Positions 1 through 10,200 of a stretch of 64,000 bases of DNA are shown here, piece by piece. Position 1 is the stretch's first letter; each line of letters begins with the position of its first letter. The translations under genes and the position numbers were made by a program. The notes under the pieces are model-generated. The model made no database searches. It saw only the letters and a program-made list of their open reading frames with translations, and had not been told where the DNA came from. This DNA comes from a virus, in the IMG/VR virus record IMGVR_UViG_3300045110_000102, positions 1 through 64,000 of that record; one strand, given 5' to 3'.

Positions 1-933
1 CGGTCCGAAGAGATCACGCGTCGGCACGTGCGAGGCGCGATGCTGTCGCCGCCGGGATGGTTGAGCGAGATCATCGAGCGCGCGATTGCCAAGGGCATCG
101 AGCAGGCGGGTCAGGAGTTGAAGGCTACGCTCGATCATCTCGATCCGCTCGCGGTTCAGCAGTTGCACACGTTCGCTGCGGTGAACGAGGTCAAGGGCAT
201 TGCCAACGAGAGCAACCGGCGCATCGTGCGTCATATCGCGGACGCGATGGAAGCGAAGCAGTCGCCTGATGAATTGATGCGAGAAGTGCGTGCCACACTG
301 GAGAAGATCACACGCTATCGACTCAACATGCTGGTCAACACCGGAGTCGTGCGCGCCGTCAACGCAGGCAAGCTGTTCGCGTACGAGGATCAGGGTGTTC
401 GGCAGGTCGGCATCATCCCCGAGTGGATGCCGCAGATGGTGCATCGTGATCACATACACGACGCCAAGAGAAAAAAGCCAGCAGCACAGACCCGCACCGA
501 CATCACTCCAGAAGAAGATGAGACGCGCTACAAGTTCATGTCGCGCTGCGTGGACGAGCTTGGTGATGAGGACGAGTGCCAGTTGCTCTGGGAATTGGCG
601 CAGGATGATGTGGCGAGCAAGCCGCGCAAGTCGCGCTATAAGCGGGAAGCGAAGTCATCGCGCACGCAGCAGCGACGCGAGAAGGCTGAGCGAGAGCTTG
701 AGGCGCGGCTTCAAGGTGGTGTCGGCATTCTCACGGCAGGTGATGACAAGGTCTGCGACGATTGCAACGACATCGCTGCGCAAGCTCCGTACACGATAGA
801 TAAAGCGCGCGATCTGATTCCGGCGCATCCGAATTGTCGCTGCGCGTTCGTGCCGTACGATGACGAGCGCTACGCGCCAATCGATGAGATGGAAGAGCTT
901 TCCGAACAGATCGAGGAATTGTTCGGTGAGTGA
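1..933 (+). CDS. Head morphogenesis protein (Mu gpF / SPP1 gp7 family), 5'-truncated by the window edge
   Basis: Frame is open from base 1; C-terminal GDDKVCDDC...IPAHPNCRC motif typical of MuF. Confidence 0.85.
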   Translation, partial: RSEEITRRHVRGAMLSPPGWLSEIIERAIAKGIEQAGQELKATLDHLDPLAVQQLHTFAAVNEVKGIANESNRRIVRHIADAMEAKQSPDELMREVRATLEKITRYRLNMLVNTGVVRAVNAGKLFAYEDQGVRQVGIIPEWMPQMVHRDHIHDAKRKKPAAQTRTDITPEEDETRYKFMSRCVDELGDEDECQLLWELAQDDVASKPRKSRYKREAKSSRTQQRREKAERELEARLQGGVGILTAGDDKVCDDCNDIAAQAPYTIDKARDLIPAHPNCRCAFVPYDDERYAPIDEMEELSEQIEELFGE

Positions 934-1108
934 TTTGCAGCGCGGCTATCTGCCCGACGGCAAGGACCGACAGCATCCGGTGAAAGACCCTGATGACCGT
1001 GAGCAGGTGTCGGCACCGGCGCTGTGGCGTAACCCGGGAATCCGGACTTGGTACAGCACGGTTAATTATCCGAACGTGCCTACCGGTCCGGTGATCGATG
1101 TCAGATGA
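926..1108 (+). CDS. Small hypothetical protein (60 aa)
   Basis: GTG at 926 with GAGGA upstream; overlaps both neighbours in operon fashion. Confidence 0.55.
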   Translation: MSDLQRGYLPDGKDRQHPVKDPDDREQVSAPALWRNPGIRTWYSTVNYPNVPTGPVIDVR

Positions 1109-4100
1109 CAAGTCAAAGGCAAAGATGCGCGGCTTCGTGGTGCAGAATTCTGCATCGCAGTCGCCGCCTGTCGATCCGCTTGATCCACTCGTCTGGCTGA
1201 TCAATCGCCTGCACGTTGATGAAGATGATCAACCGCTGCAGGAAGGAATCTTTTCTAACTACAACGACGACATCGTTGTCGAAGTAGACGAAGGCACGCT
1301 GGTTGGGCGCACCTCTCCAGCACGCGGGCCTGCTCAGCGCATCGTCGTCGCGTCCCCCCTGACGCTTGAAGACGGTGTGCTGACGGGCACGCCCGGCGGC
1401 GAGCAAGGTCCGCAAGGTCCTATCGGTCCGCAGGGTCCAATCGGTGCGACCGGTCAGCAAGGCGCGAAGGGCGACAAGGGCGATCAAGGTGTGCCCGGTC
1501 CGCAGGGGCCGAAGGGCAACGACGGTCAACGCGGTGCGCAAGGCGAGCGCGGCGCTGCAGGTCCGCAAGGTCCGAAGGGCGAGAGCGGCCCGCAAGGCCC
1601 GAAGGGCGATGTCGGTTTGCCCGGCGCGCCCGGTCCGCAAGGCGAAGACTCAACGGTGCCCGGCCCGCCGGGTGCAACAGGTGCGCAAGGTCCGCGCGGT
1701 CCCGCAGGTCCGCAGGGTGCAGCGTCAACGATCCCGGGACCGCAAGGCCCGCAGGGACCGCAAGGCGAGATCGGTCCTGCAGGTCCTGTCGGCGCTGACT
1801 CAACGGTGCCCGGTCCTGCAGGTCCTGCAGGTGCAGCAGGTGCGCAAGGCGAGCCCGGCCCGAGCGGTGCGGACTCAACGGTGCCGGGTCCTCCCGGTGC
1901 GATTGGTCCCGCTGGTCCGCAGGGATTGCAAGGTGATCAAGGCCCCGTCGGTCCGCAAGGATTGCAGGGCGTGCCCGGCGCTGAAGGCGCGGCATCAACA
2001 GTGCCGGGGCCTGAAGGCCCGCAGGGTGTGCAAGGTCCTGCAGGCGCTGATGGCGTCGATGGTGTTGATGGAGTCGATGGCGCACCCGGCGCGCAAGGTC
2101 CCGCTGGTGCCGAAGGTCCTGCAGGGCAACTCGGCGCGAAGGGCGATCAGGGCGACATGGGGCCGCAAGGTCCCGCTGGTGTGCCCGGCGCTCAAGGCGC
2201 GCAAGGCCCGCAGGGATTGCAAGGGCCGGAAGGCTCGCAAGGTGTCGCTGGTGCTGACTCAACAGTGCCCGGACCAGAGGGACCGCAAGGCGTCGCTGGT
2301 CCTGCGGGCGCGCAAGGCGCGCAAGGTGTTGCTGGTGTCGCTGGCCCGCAAGGTGCGAAGGGCGATGCAGGTGCCGACGGCCCGCAAGGTGTTGCTGGTG
2401 CCGATGGTGCTGACAGTGTTGTGCCGGGGCCGATGGGTCCTGCAGGCGCGCAAGGTGTGCAAGGCGTTGCAGGTCCCGCAGGTCCTGCAGGTGTGCAAGG
2501 TGAGAAGGGCGACACCGGTCCTGCAGGTGCTGATGGCGTCGGCGAAGTTGATGAAGCTCCGCTCGACGGAAAGATTTACGGACGCGTCAACGCGACGTGG
2601 ACCGAAGTCATCCACACCGGTGAAGGTGGCGGTGGTGAACAGGGTCCTGCAGGTCCGATGGGTCCTGCCGGTCCGCAAGGCGAGCCCGGTCAAGACGGCG
2701 TCGATGGAGAGCACGGCGTCGATGGCGCTCCCGGTGTGCAAGGCCCGATGGGTCCGCAAGGTCCCGCAGGTGCCGACGGCATCGACGGTGAAGACGGCGC
2801 AACAGGTGCGCCGGGAGCGCAGGGACCGAAGGGCGACACGGGTGCAGCAGGTCGCGACGGTGTCGATGGTGTAGACGGCGCGCCGGGCGAGCAAGGCGTT
2901 CAAGGTCCGAAGGGCGATCAAGGCGCGAGCGTCGTCGGTCCTGCTGGTCCGGCTGGCCCGCAAGGATTGCAAGGCCCGCAAGGTCTGCCCGGCGTCAAGG
3001 GTGCTGACGGTGTCGATGGTGTCGATGGTACGCCGGGCGCTGAAGGTCCGCGCGGCATCCAAGGCCCGCAAGGCGTACAGGGTGAGCCGGGTCCGATAGG
3101 TCCGCGCGGTGCCGACGGTGCTGATGGTGACGACGGCGCAGCAGGCGCGCAGGGACCGCAGGGCGCGCAAGGTCTGCAAGGTCCTCCGGGCGTCGCTGGT
3201 GCGGACTCGACCGTGCCGGGACCGCAAGGGCCGAAGGGTGATCAAGGTCAACAGGGCGCGCCCGGTGTTGATGGAGCGCAGGGTCCCGCAGGTGTCGCGG
3301 GTGCTGCAGGTGCCGACGGTGTGGACGGCGCGCCGGGCGAGCCCGGCGCTGATGGTGCCGACGGTGCCGATGGGCTGAACGGTCCGCCCGGATCGCGCGG
3401 CCCGCAAGGTGTGCAAGGCCCGCCCGGGATGGCGGGTGCGGAAGGTCCGCAAGGCGTACAGGGTCCCGAAGGTCCTGCAGGTCCGGAAGGTCCTGCATCG
3501 ACGGTCCCGGGGCCAGAAGGACCGGCGGGCCTTCCCGGTCCGGCTGGTCCCGTGGGTCCGCAAGGCCCGCAGGGTGTGCAGGGTTATCAGGGGCCGAAGG
3601 GCGACGCAGGCCCGCAAGGTGAAAGCGGTGCACAAGGCGAGCCCGGTGTTGACGGCGCTGACTCAACAGTACCGGGACCGCAGGGCGAATCGGGACCGCA
3701 AGGTGAACAAGGTGAGACCGGACCGCAGGGGCCGATAGGTCCGCAGGGTCCGCAAGGTTGGCAGGGTGAAGCGGGCGAAGTGCCCGAGGCTCCTGTCGAT
3801 GGCCGCATCTACGGTCGCATCAATCGCACGTGGCAAGAGGTCGTTCACGGCGAAGGCGGTGGCGGCGCAGCGCGCGTCATCATCTCCGACACTGCGCCAG
3901 CGAATGCAGTGCACGGCGATCTGTGGTGGCGTTCATCGTCTGGCACGATGTTCGTTCGCTTCGATGACGGGTCGAGCGCGCAATGGGTTGTCGAAGCGCA
4001 GTGGCCGATCATCACGAGCGACACGCCGCCGCAAGGCGTGCGCGTCAACACGCTGTGGTTCAAGTCCGCGACGCGTCAGACATTCATCCTCTATCAGGAT

Positions 4101-4331
4101 GCAAGCTCGACGCAGTGGATCGAGATCAGTGGTCCGTCTGGTCAAGCGTTGATCAGCGACACTCCGCCAGCCAACGCGCCGCAGGGTGCGTTCTGGTGGA
4201 GTTCAGCGAGTGGCGCGCTGTTCGTTCGCTACGGTTCGATATGGGCGCAGGCAATCATGCCTGCTGCAGAGAGTCCGACAATAGCGATGCTGCTCGCGCG
4301 CATCGAAGCGCTCGAAGCGAGACTCACGTGA
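1098..4331 (+). CDS. Giant collagen-like fibre protein with two foldon-like motifs and three C-terminal SDTxP...LWW repeats
   Basis: About 750-790 residues of Gly-X-Y; EAPxDGxxYGR...W motifs at ~2553 and ~3786. Confidence 0.9.
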   Translation: MSDDKSKAKMRGFVVQNSASQSPPVDPLDPLVWLINRLHVDEDDQPLQEGIFSNYNDDIVVEVDEGTLVGRTSPARGPAQRIVVASPLTLEDGVLTGTPGGEQGPQGPIGPQGPIGATGQQGAKGDKGDQGVPGPQGPKGNDGQRGAQGERGAAGPQGPKGESGPQGPKGDVGLPGAPGPQGEDSTVPGPPGATGAQGPRGPAGPQGAASTIPGPQGPQGPQGEIGPAGPVGADSTVPGPAGPAGAAGAQGEPGPSGADSTVPGPPGAIGPAGPQGLQGDQGPVGPQGLQGVPGAEGAASTVPGPEGPQGVQGPAGADGVDGVDGVDGAPGAQGPAGAEGPAGQLGAKGDQGDMGPQGPAGVPGAQGAQGPQGLQGPEGSQGVAGADSTVPGPEGPQGVAGPAGAQGAQGVAGVAGPQGAKGDAGADGPQGVAGADGADSVVPGPMGPAGAQGVQGVAGPAGPAGVQGEKGDTGPAGADGVGEVDEAPLDGKIYGRVNATWTEVIHTGEGGGGEQGPAGPMGPAGPQGEPGQDGVDGEHGVDGAPGVQGPMGPQGPAGADGIDGEDGATGAPGAQGPKGDTGAAGRDGVDGVDGAPGEQGVQGPKGDQGASVVGPAGPAGPQGLQGPQGLPGVKGADGVDGVDGTPGAEGPRGIQGPQGVQGEPGPIGPRGADGADGDDGAAGAQGPQGAQGLQGPPGVAGADSTVPGPQGPKGDQGQQGAPGVDGAQGPAGVAGAAGADGVDGAPGEPGADGADGADGLNGPPGSRGPQGVQGPPGMAGAEGPQGVQGPEGPAGPEGPASTVPGPEGPAGLPGPAGPVGPQGPQGVQGYQGPKGDAGPQGESGAQGEPGVDGADSTVPGPQGESGPQGEQGETGPQGPIGPQGPQGWQGEAGEVPEAPVDGRIYGRINRTWQEVVHGEGGGGAARVIISDTAPANAVHGDLWWRSSSGTMFVRFDDGSSAQWVVEAQWPIITSDTPPQGVRVNTLWFKSATRQTFILYQDASSTQWIEISGPSGQALISDTPPANAPQGAFWWSSASGALFVRYGSIWAQAIMPAAESPTIAMLLARIEALEARLT
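1407..3778 (+). repeat. Coding Gly-X-Y repeat (GGTCCGCAA-like 9-mers) with recurrent ADSTVPGP interruptions
   Basis: Visible directly in the DNA and the translation. Confidence 0.9.
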
Positions 4332-4344
4332 CGGAGAATGTTTG

Positions 4345-7257
4345 ATGGCGATGGATTTTCCGGACAACCCAACTGTCGGCGATGTCTATGGCCCGTACAC
4401 GTGGGACGGAGAGAAGTGGGTGACGATGTCGAGCGGCGGCGGTTCGACCGGCGGCATCACGCAGCAGGAAGCCGACGCGCGCTATGTCAATGTCGTGGGT
4501 GATCAGATGACCGGCGATCTCTCGTTTGAAAGTGCAAGCACGGACTCGCCAGCGAAGATCGTCGGCAAGGTCGGCGGCGTGGTGCGTTGGTCGATGAAGA
4601 TCGGCGGCACCGATCCTGCGAAGCTGCCGGGCGTCGAGTCGATGTTCGAGATCGATGTGCACAACGAAGACGGCAGCGTGAAGGGTCCCGCGCTGGTGGT
4701 CGATCCGTACGGCAACATCCATGTGCCGTACACGCTCGCGGTGCTCGGCAATTCTTGGTTCGCTGCAGGTGTGCGGCTCGGCAAAGACCCGACAGACAAT
4801 CTCGATGCAGTGACCAAGCAGTACGCCGATGGACTGGTGATCGAAGCCGGTGGCATGCCCGATGCGCCGAGCGATGCGCTGACATACGGACGACACGCGG
4901 CGACGTGGGAGTCCGTGTTCAGTCTCTCACGTGGCGGCACTGTCGCTGCAAGTGCTGGTGTCCGCTTCGCTGGCGACACGCAGTTCGATGGCCAGATCAA
5001 CGCGATGGGCGATCTCGAAGTCGCTGGCACCGCGCGCATGTACACCGATCCGGTGTTGCCGGAAGACCTTGCGCACAAGGCCTATGTCGATGCCGCTATC
5101 GCAGCAGGCGGAGGCAGTGGCGGTGGCGGTGGCGACTATCTTCCGCTCACTGGTGGCACGCTCACTGGCAAACTGATCGGAGCGCAGAGCGCAGAGGGCC
5201 GCGCCGATCCGATGATCGCGTTCGGCGATGGCTCAAGCGGCATCGCGTATCACGAGACGCGCGACGCTATCGCGATGTACTCGGTTAGCTGCGTGGTGAA
5301 CGGCATTCCGATCTGGACTGCGTTCTCCGACAAGAGTTGGGGCACGCAGTTCTGGCGACCGTGGCGCAGTTCGGTGATTGAAGAAGGCATGGCCGCGCCT
5401 GCGTACTCGTGGGCGGGCAACAGCAACAGCGGCATGTATAGCGAGGACGGCTCGTCTTCGGTTGGCTTCTCTGTCGCTGGCAGCGAGAAGCTGAAGCTGA
5501 TGACGGGCTCGATCCAAGTCGCGCCCGATATTCACTTCACGCTCGGCATGGACCCTGCTGATCCGATGAGCGCGGCGACGAAGCAGTACGTCGATGCGCA
5601 AGTCGCAGCAGGTGGTGGCGGCGGCACCGGCGGCGTGCCCGAGGCTCCTTCCGATGGAAAGCTCTACGGCAGAAAAGATGTTGCGTGGTCGGAGATCGTC
5701 GGCGGCGGCGGACTGCCCGACGCGCCGAGCAATGACGGCTACTACGGTCGGCACAACGGCAATTGGCAGCAGGTGCTCTCGATCAACGGCGGCGGCATCT
5801 CCGGCAATCTGTCGATAGGTGGACAGCTACAGGTTACGTCTTCCGTCTTCGCCAAAGTGTTCGAGGCGTGGGGCGATTCGCTCTACACCCACGGCGGCTA
5901 CGTTGGACTCTACAAGACCGCAGCCGGATTGAACGCGCGCGTCTATGGCGGACTCAATGACGAAGTGCGTCGGTGGGACGTCACGCTCGGCAACGAAGAG
6001 ATCGAGACGCCACTTACGAACACCGGCTCGAACTTCGAGATCGCATCGTATGACGATCTCGGCGAGCGTCGCATCGTCGCGAAGTTTGATCGTGCGACCG
6101 GGCTCGGCACCGTGTCCGGCAATCCTGTCAATGCGCTCGGCATCGCGACCAAGCAGTACGTTGACAGCAACGCAGGCGGCGGCGGTGGCGCATCGGTGAT
6201 CGCATCCGACACGATGCCGGTCGGCGCTGCGAACAACGTGCTGTGGTGGGACTCGACGCGAGGCAAGCTCTTCATCAACTACGCTGACGCGGACTCGACG
6301 CAGTTCGTCGAAGCCGTGAAGCTGCCGCCGCAGGTCGAGCCCGGCATCGAAGAAGCTCCGGTTGACTCCTCCGACATTCCGTACGCGCGCCGCAGGAATC
6401 GCTGGGTGCGCGTGCCGATGAAGGGGCACATCTGGGGGCTCAGTGTCTACGCTAGCAACACCGCGAACCCGGGCCTCGAAGGCGCTGATCCGCAGTTGCA
6501 GATGGCGGAGGGCTTCGGTGTCACCGGTGGTGAAGCGGTGGACAAGTGGGGCCGCTTCGTGATGCCTGACGGCGGCGGCTGGAAGGGCATGGGTCCGTTC
6601 GAAGAAGGCCGACAAGGTGCGGGCGGTCTGTGGTCATCGAGCGGTGACTACGTCGTGAAGCCCGATCAATGGTATCGCGTCTATCTGATCGGCAAGGATA
6701 ACGGCGAGACCGATCTTTGCTACACGCTCGAAGACTTCTGGCAACCGCCGACGGGCTTCACCGCGTATCGCCGCATCGGTATGGTGAAGACGAAGGCCGC
6801 AGGCATCGTCGGCATCCGCGCGTTTCACGCTGGCGGGCAAGGCGTCAACTATTGGTTCGATCCTCCGTGCGATCAACTGATCGCCAACCACACGGTCGGC
6901 GTGCCGAACAACGGCCTGCTCTTGTCCGCACCAGACGTCTACGGTGCAGAGGCGTTCGGCACCATCACGCTTGAGTGCGGCTCAACGCCCGGCGCGCATC
7001 TGCTCTATCCATCGGATCAGTTGTTTCAAGGCGGACCGCCTGTGCCGCTATCAAATGGCGGCGATCAATACTGGACGATCTCGGCGAACACGATGGGGCG
7101 CGCGACCGCGCAGTGGAATCTGCCGGTGTATTCCGCGACGCATCCGAGGAACGCAGGCTTCATCAACTCGCAGCATTCGACAACAAGCACCGACGTCGTG
7201 CGCATCTTCACGCGCGGCTGGGTTGATCCGCGCGGCGCAGACAAAGATCAGGATTGA
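4345..7257 (+). CDS. Fibre/adhesin-like virion protein (foldon-like motifs, ATKQYVD repeats)
   Basis: N-terminal DFPDNPTVGDVYGPYTWDGEKW; repeated P...A.TKQYVD and YLPLTGGTLTG fibre motifs. Confidence 0.8.
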   Translation: MAMDFPDNPTVGDVYGPYTWDGEKWVTMSSGGGSTGGITQQEADARYVNVVGDQMTGDLSFESASTDSPAKIVGKVGGVVRWSMKIGGTDPAKLPGVESMFEIDVHNEDGSVKGPALVVDPYGNIHVPYTLAVLGNSWFAAGVRLGKDPTDNLDAVTKQYADGLVIEAGGMPDAPSDALTYGRHAATWESVFSLSRGGTVAASAGVRFAGDTQFDGQINAMGDLEVAGTARMYTDPVLPEDLAHKAYVDAAIAAGGGSGGGGGDYLPLTGGTLTGKLIGAQSAEGRADPMIAFGDGSSGIAYHETRDAIAMYSVSCVVNGIPIWTAFSDKSWGTQFWRPWRSSVIEEGMAAPAYSWAGNSNSGMYSEDGSSSVGFSVAGSEKLKLMTGSIQVAPDIHFTLGMDPADPMSAATKQYVDAQVAAGGGGGTGGVPEAPSDGKLYGRKDVAWSEIVGGGGLPDAPSNDGYYGRHNGNWQQVLSINGGGISGNLSIGGQLQVTSSVFAKVFEAWGDSLYTHGGYVGLYKTAAGLNARVYGGLNDEVRRWDVTLGNEEIETPLTNTGSNFEIASYDDLGERRIVAKFDRATGLGTVSGNPVNALGIATKQYVDSNAGGGGGASVIASDTMPVGAANNVLWWDSTRGKLFINYADADSTQFVEAVKLPPQVEPGIEEAPVDSSDIPYARRRNRWVRVPMKGHIWGLSVYASNTANPGLEGADPQLQMAEGFGVTGGEAVDKWGRFVMPDGGGWKGMGPFEEGRQGAGGLWSSSGDYVVKPDQWYRVYLIGKDNGETDLCYTLEDFWQPPTGFTAYRRIGMVKTKAAGIVGIRAFHAGGQGVNYWFDPPCDQLIANHTVGVPNNGLLLSAPDVYGAEAFGTITLECGSTPGAHLLYPSDQLFQGGPPVPLSNGGDQYWTISANTMGRATAQWNLPVYSATHPRNAGFINSQHSTTSTDVVRIFTRGWVDPRGADKDQD

Positions 7258-10200
7258 TCATCATGGGATATAATTTTCCGAGCGCACCGATCTACGGCGA
7301 AGTCTACGAAGACTATGCGTGGGACGGCGAGAAGTGGATGTGCGGCAAGCTCTCCGCGCCCGGCTGGGTGCCGCAGGGCGCGCTGGTGCACATCGAATTC
7401 TATGGCGGCGTCGCGCGCGCGTGGGACGGCACCGGACTGCTCGATGGTGTCGGCATCAGTGCGCTGCTCGGCAACGATCCGAACGCGGGCATGTGGAGCG
7501 GCGGCAGCGAGTACTCGCCCGATGGCGTGACCGAGAACGGCTACGACTACAACGCATTCAACGGCAGCTACTACGCACCAGCGGCAGTCGGCGTGCTGAA
7601 GGCGCTGCTGCCGAACGCGCTCACCTATGTGGTGACGTGCAACTTCGATGAGTGGTACGCGGAAATGTACATGGCGCTGATTCCGGAAGGCGCTGACACC
7701 GGCAACGTCGAGATATGGTCAACGGTCGGCGGCAACATCGCTGCGTATACCGACAGCGGCGTGGGCCTTGAGCTTCCCGGCGCGTACAACACCGAGCCCG
7801 GCGTCTTCAAACAGAACCGCATCGCGTTCACGCATCGACCGCCGATTGATGGCGCAGAGGGATTGCTTGCGATCTCGGCGAACGGTAGCGAGGCGGTGCA
7901 GGCACCGCTGACCGGCGCTGACTTCCTCGGCGGACTGAACTCATCGTGGTACATCGACAACATCCCGCTGCACGCGATCACGATCTACGAAGAGCAGCCG
8001 GTCGAAGCGCTGCAGGTGCTGAGCAATCTTCACCTCGCGCCAGAGATCAGAGCGCTCACGCCGCGCGATGTCGAGATCAGCGGCGCTGCGTTCGAGCTAA
8101 CCGTGCAGGGCTTCTCGTTTGATGAAGCCGCAGTCGTGCAGGTCGATGGCGTCGATGTGCCGACGGTGTACTCCAGCGCAACGGTCTTGACCGCGACGCT
8201 GCAGGGCTCGGTGACGACGGCAACGGTGCAAGTCACCGTCAAGGGCGGCGATGCGCGCGTGAGCAACGCGCACGAAGTCGCGTTCTACGACAGGATCACC
8301 GGTCCGACGTGGGCGCTCGGCGCATCGGTGTTCATCGATCTGATCAAGCCCGGTCGCGTGTGGACCGGCACCGAAGTGCTCGACGCAGACGCCGCGACAG
8401 GCATCGGACTCTTCCTCGGCCACGACGATGCGACCAACGCGTATGTCGGCGGATCGTACACGTGCTACGACCAGCGCGTGGTGCAGATCGAGGGCTACAA
8501 TTCAAGCTGGCTCAACGGCACCAATCGCATCCCGGCATATCTCGACGCGATCAAGGAGTATCTGCTCAGCACCGAGGGCGCGACGCTGCAGGTGACGACG
8601 CGCACCACCGCAGGCTGGTGGGTGAAGCGACCGAAGCTCGTGTTCACGTCGAACAATGCGGCGAACTACATCACGGTGCAGCAGGCTGCTGCTGCCTACA
8701 CTCTCACGGCGCGCGCTGGTCCGCTCAACCTGACGGCAGATGGCTGCTTCGTCGAGCCAACGGGCGAGAGCTATGAGCAGTACATTCGCAATCGCTTCGC
8801 GCTGACGCTCGCGGGCACGCGCTTGGAGTTCGCAGCGAATGGCGTCGCCGCCAGCTTGGTCAGTGCAACGCTCACCGAGGCGGACCGTCCGTCAGCGAAC
8901 CCGCTGACCGGCATCGTTGAGGATGGCTACAACATCGAGAGCATTGCGCTCTATGCGCCGCTGCCCGACACCACGGGGCTCGTTGAACTGAGTTCGCTGG
9001 ATGCGACCGCACCGCCTGCGCTGGTGCCGACGCTGACCGGCATCAGCCCAGCGACCGGCGAGACTGGCGGCGCGGCCTTCACGCTTACCGCGACTGGCAC
9101 CAACTTCACCGCGACCAGCGTCATCAACGCTGGCAGCATCGATGTGGCGACGACGTTCGTCAGCGACACGACGTTGACCGCGAGCCTCACGCCGCCTTTG
9201 ATCGACGGCAACGTGCTGGTGCTCGTGAAGGATGGCGCGGCAACTACCACAGGGTTTGAGATTGTCTTCACGACGCCGATGCCTGCGCCTGACTGGGTGC
9301 CGGAAGGCGCGGAGGTCTTCATTGAATTCACCGGCGCAGGGACCGCGCGCGCATGGGATGGTGTTGCGGAGTACGACGCGGCGACGATTGAAGGCGCGCT
9401 GCTCGGCAAAGATGCCGACAGCGACATGTGGAATTACGACAGCCTCTACGATCCGGCAGCGATCACCGATCTCGGCTACGATTATTATTCTGTCAGTGCG
9501 GCGTACGCTCCAGCGGCGCTCGGCAAACTGAAGCAGATGCTGGCGGAAGGCCTGACGCTGGTCATCAAGTACGGGCTCAACAGTCTCCACAACGATCCGT
9601 ACCTCGCGTTCAACAGCGGCCAGCCGTCAGCCATCGAGATAAGTCTTAGCGTCGCCGAGGTCGTCAGCGTCTATTCGCCGAACGGCAGAGTGACTCTTGT
9701 CGGCCAAGCCTTTGACCAAGCGACCGCTGATGGCGAGCGCTATCCGAACGTGATCGCGTACACGCTGACGCCGACGCGCTCTGAAATCTCGATCAACGGC
9801 ATGCAGGCGAAGGCCGAGAATATGGGGCAAATCGATTTCCCCAACGGTCCGCCGACCGGGCTCTATCTCGACGGCGGCGACATCGTGAGCATCGCTGCGT
9901 ATCCACCGCAAGCGAAGGAGCAGTTGCCGCTGCTGAGCGCGGTGCCGGTCAAGGCCTACTCGGTGATGCCCGTGGAAGTGCCGATCAACACCACCATCGT
10001 CGAAGTCACCGTCAAGGGTGCCAACTTCTTCAACTGCGTCGTGCAGGTCGATGGCATCGATCAGCCGAACATCTTCACGGACAGCCCGACGTCAATCAGG
10101 ATGGTCTCTTGGAATTCCGGCATGACCGTCGGCGAAGAGAGAGTTGTCACGGTCAGAAACATCCTGACCGACGAGGTGTCGAGCGCAGTGCTGATGAGGC

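Noticed and set aside
1113-3914. Many long alternative-frame and antisense ORFs over the collagen gene
   Set aside because: Expected from GC-rich Gly-X-Y repeats lacking stops; no RBS or protein-like composition
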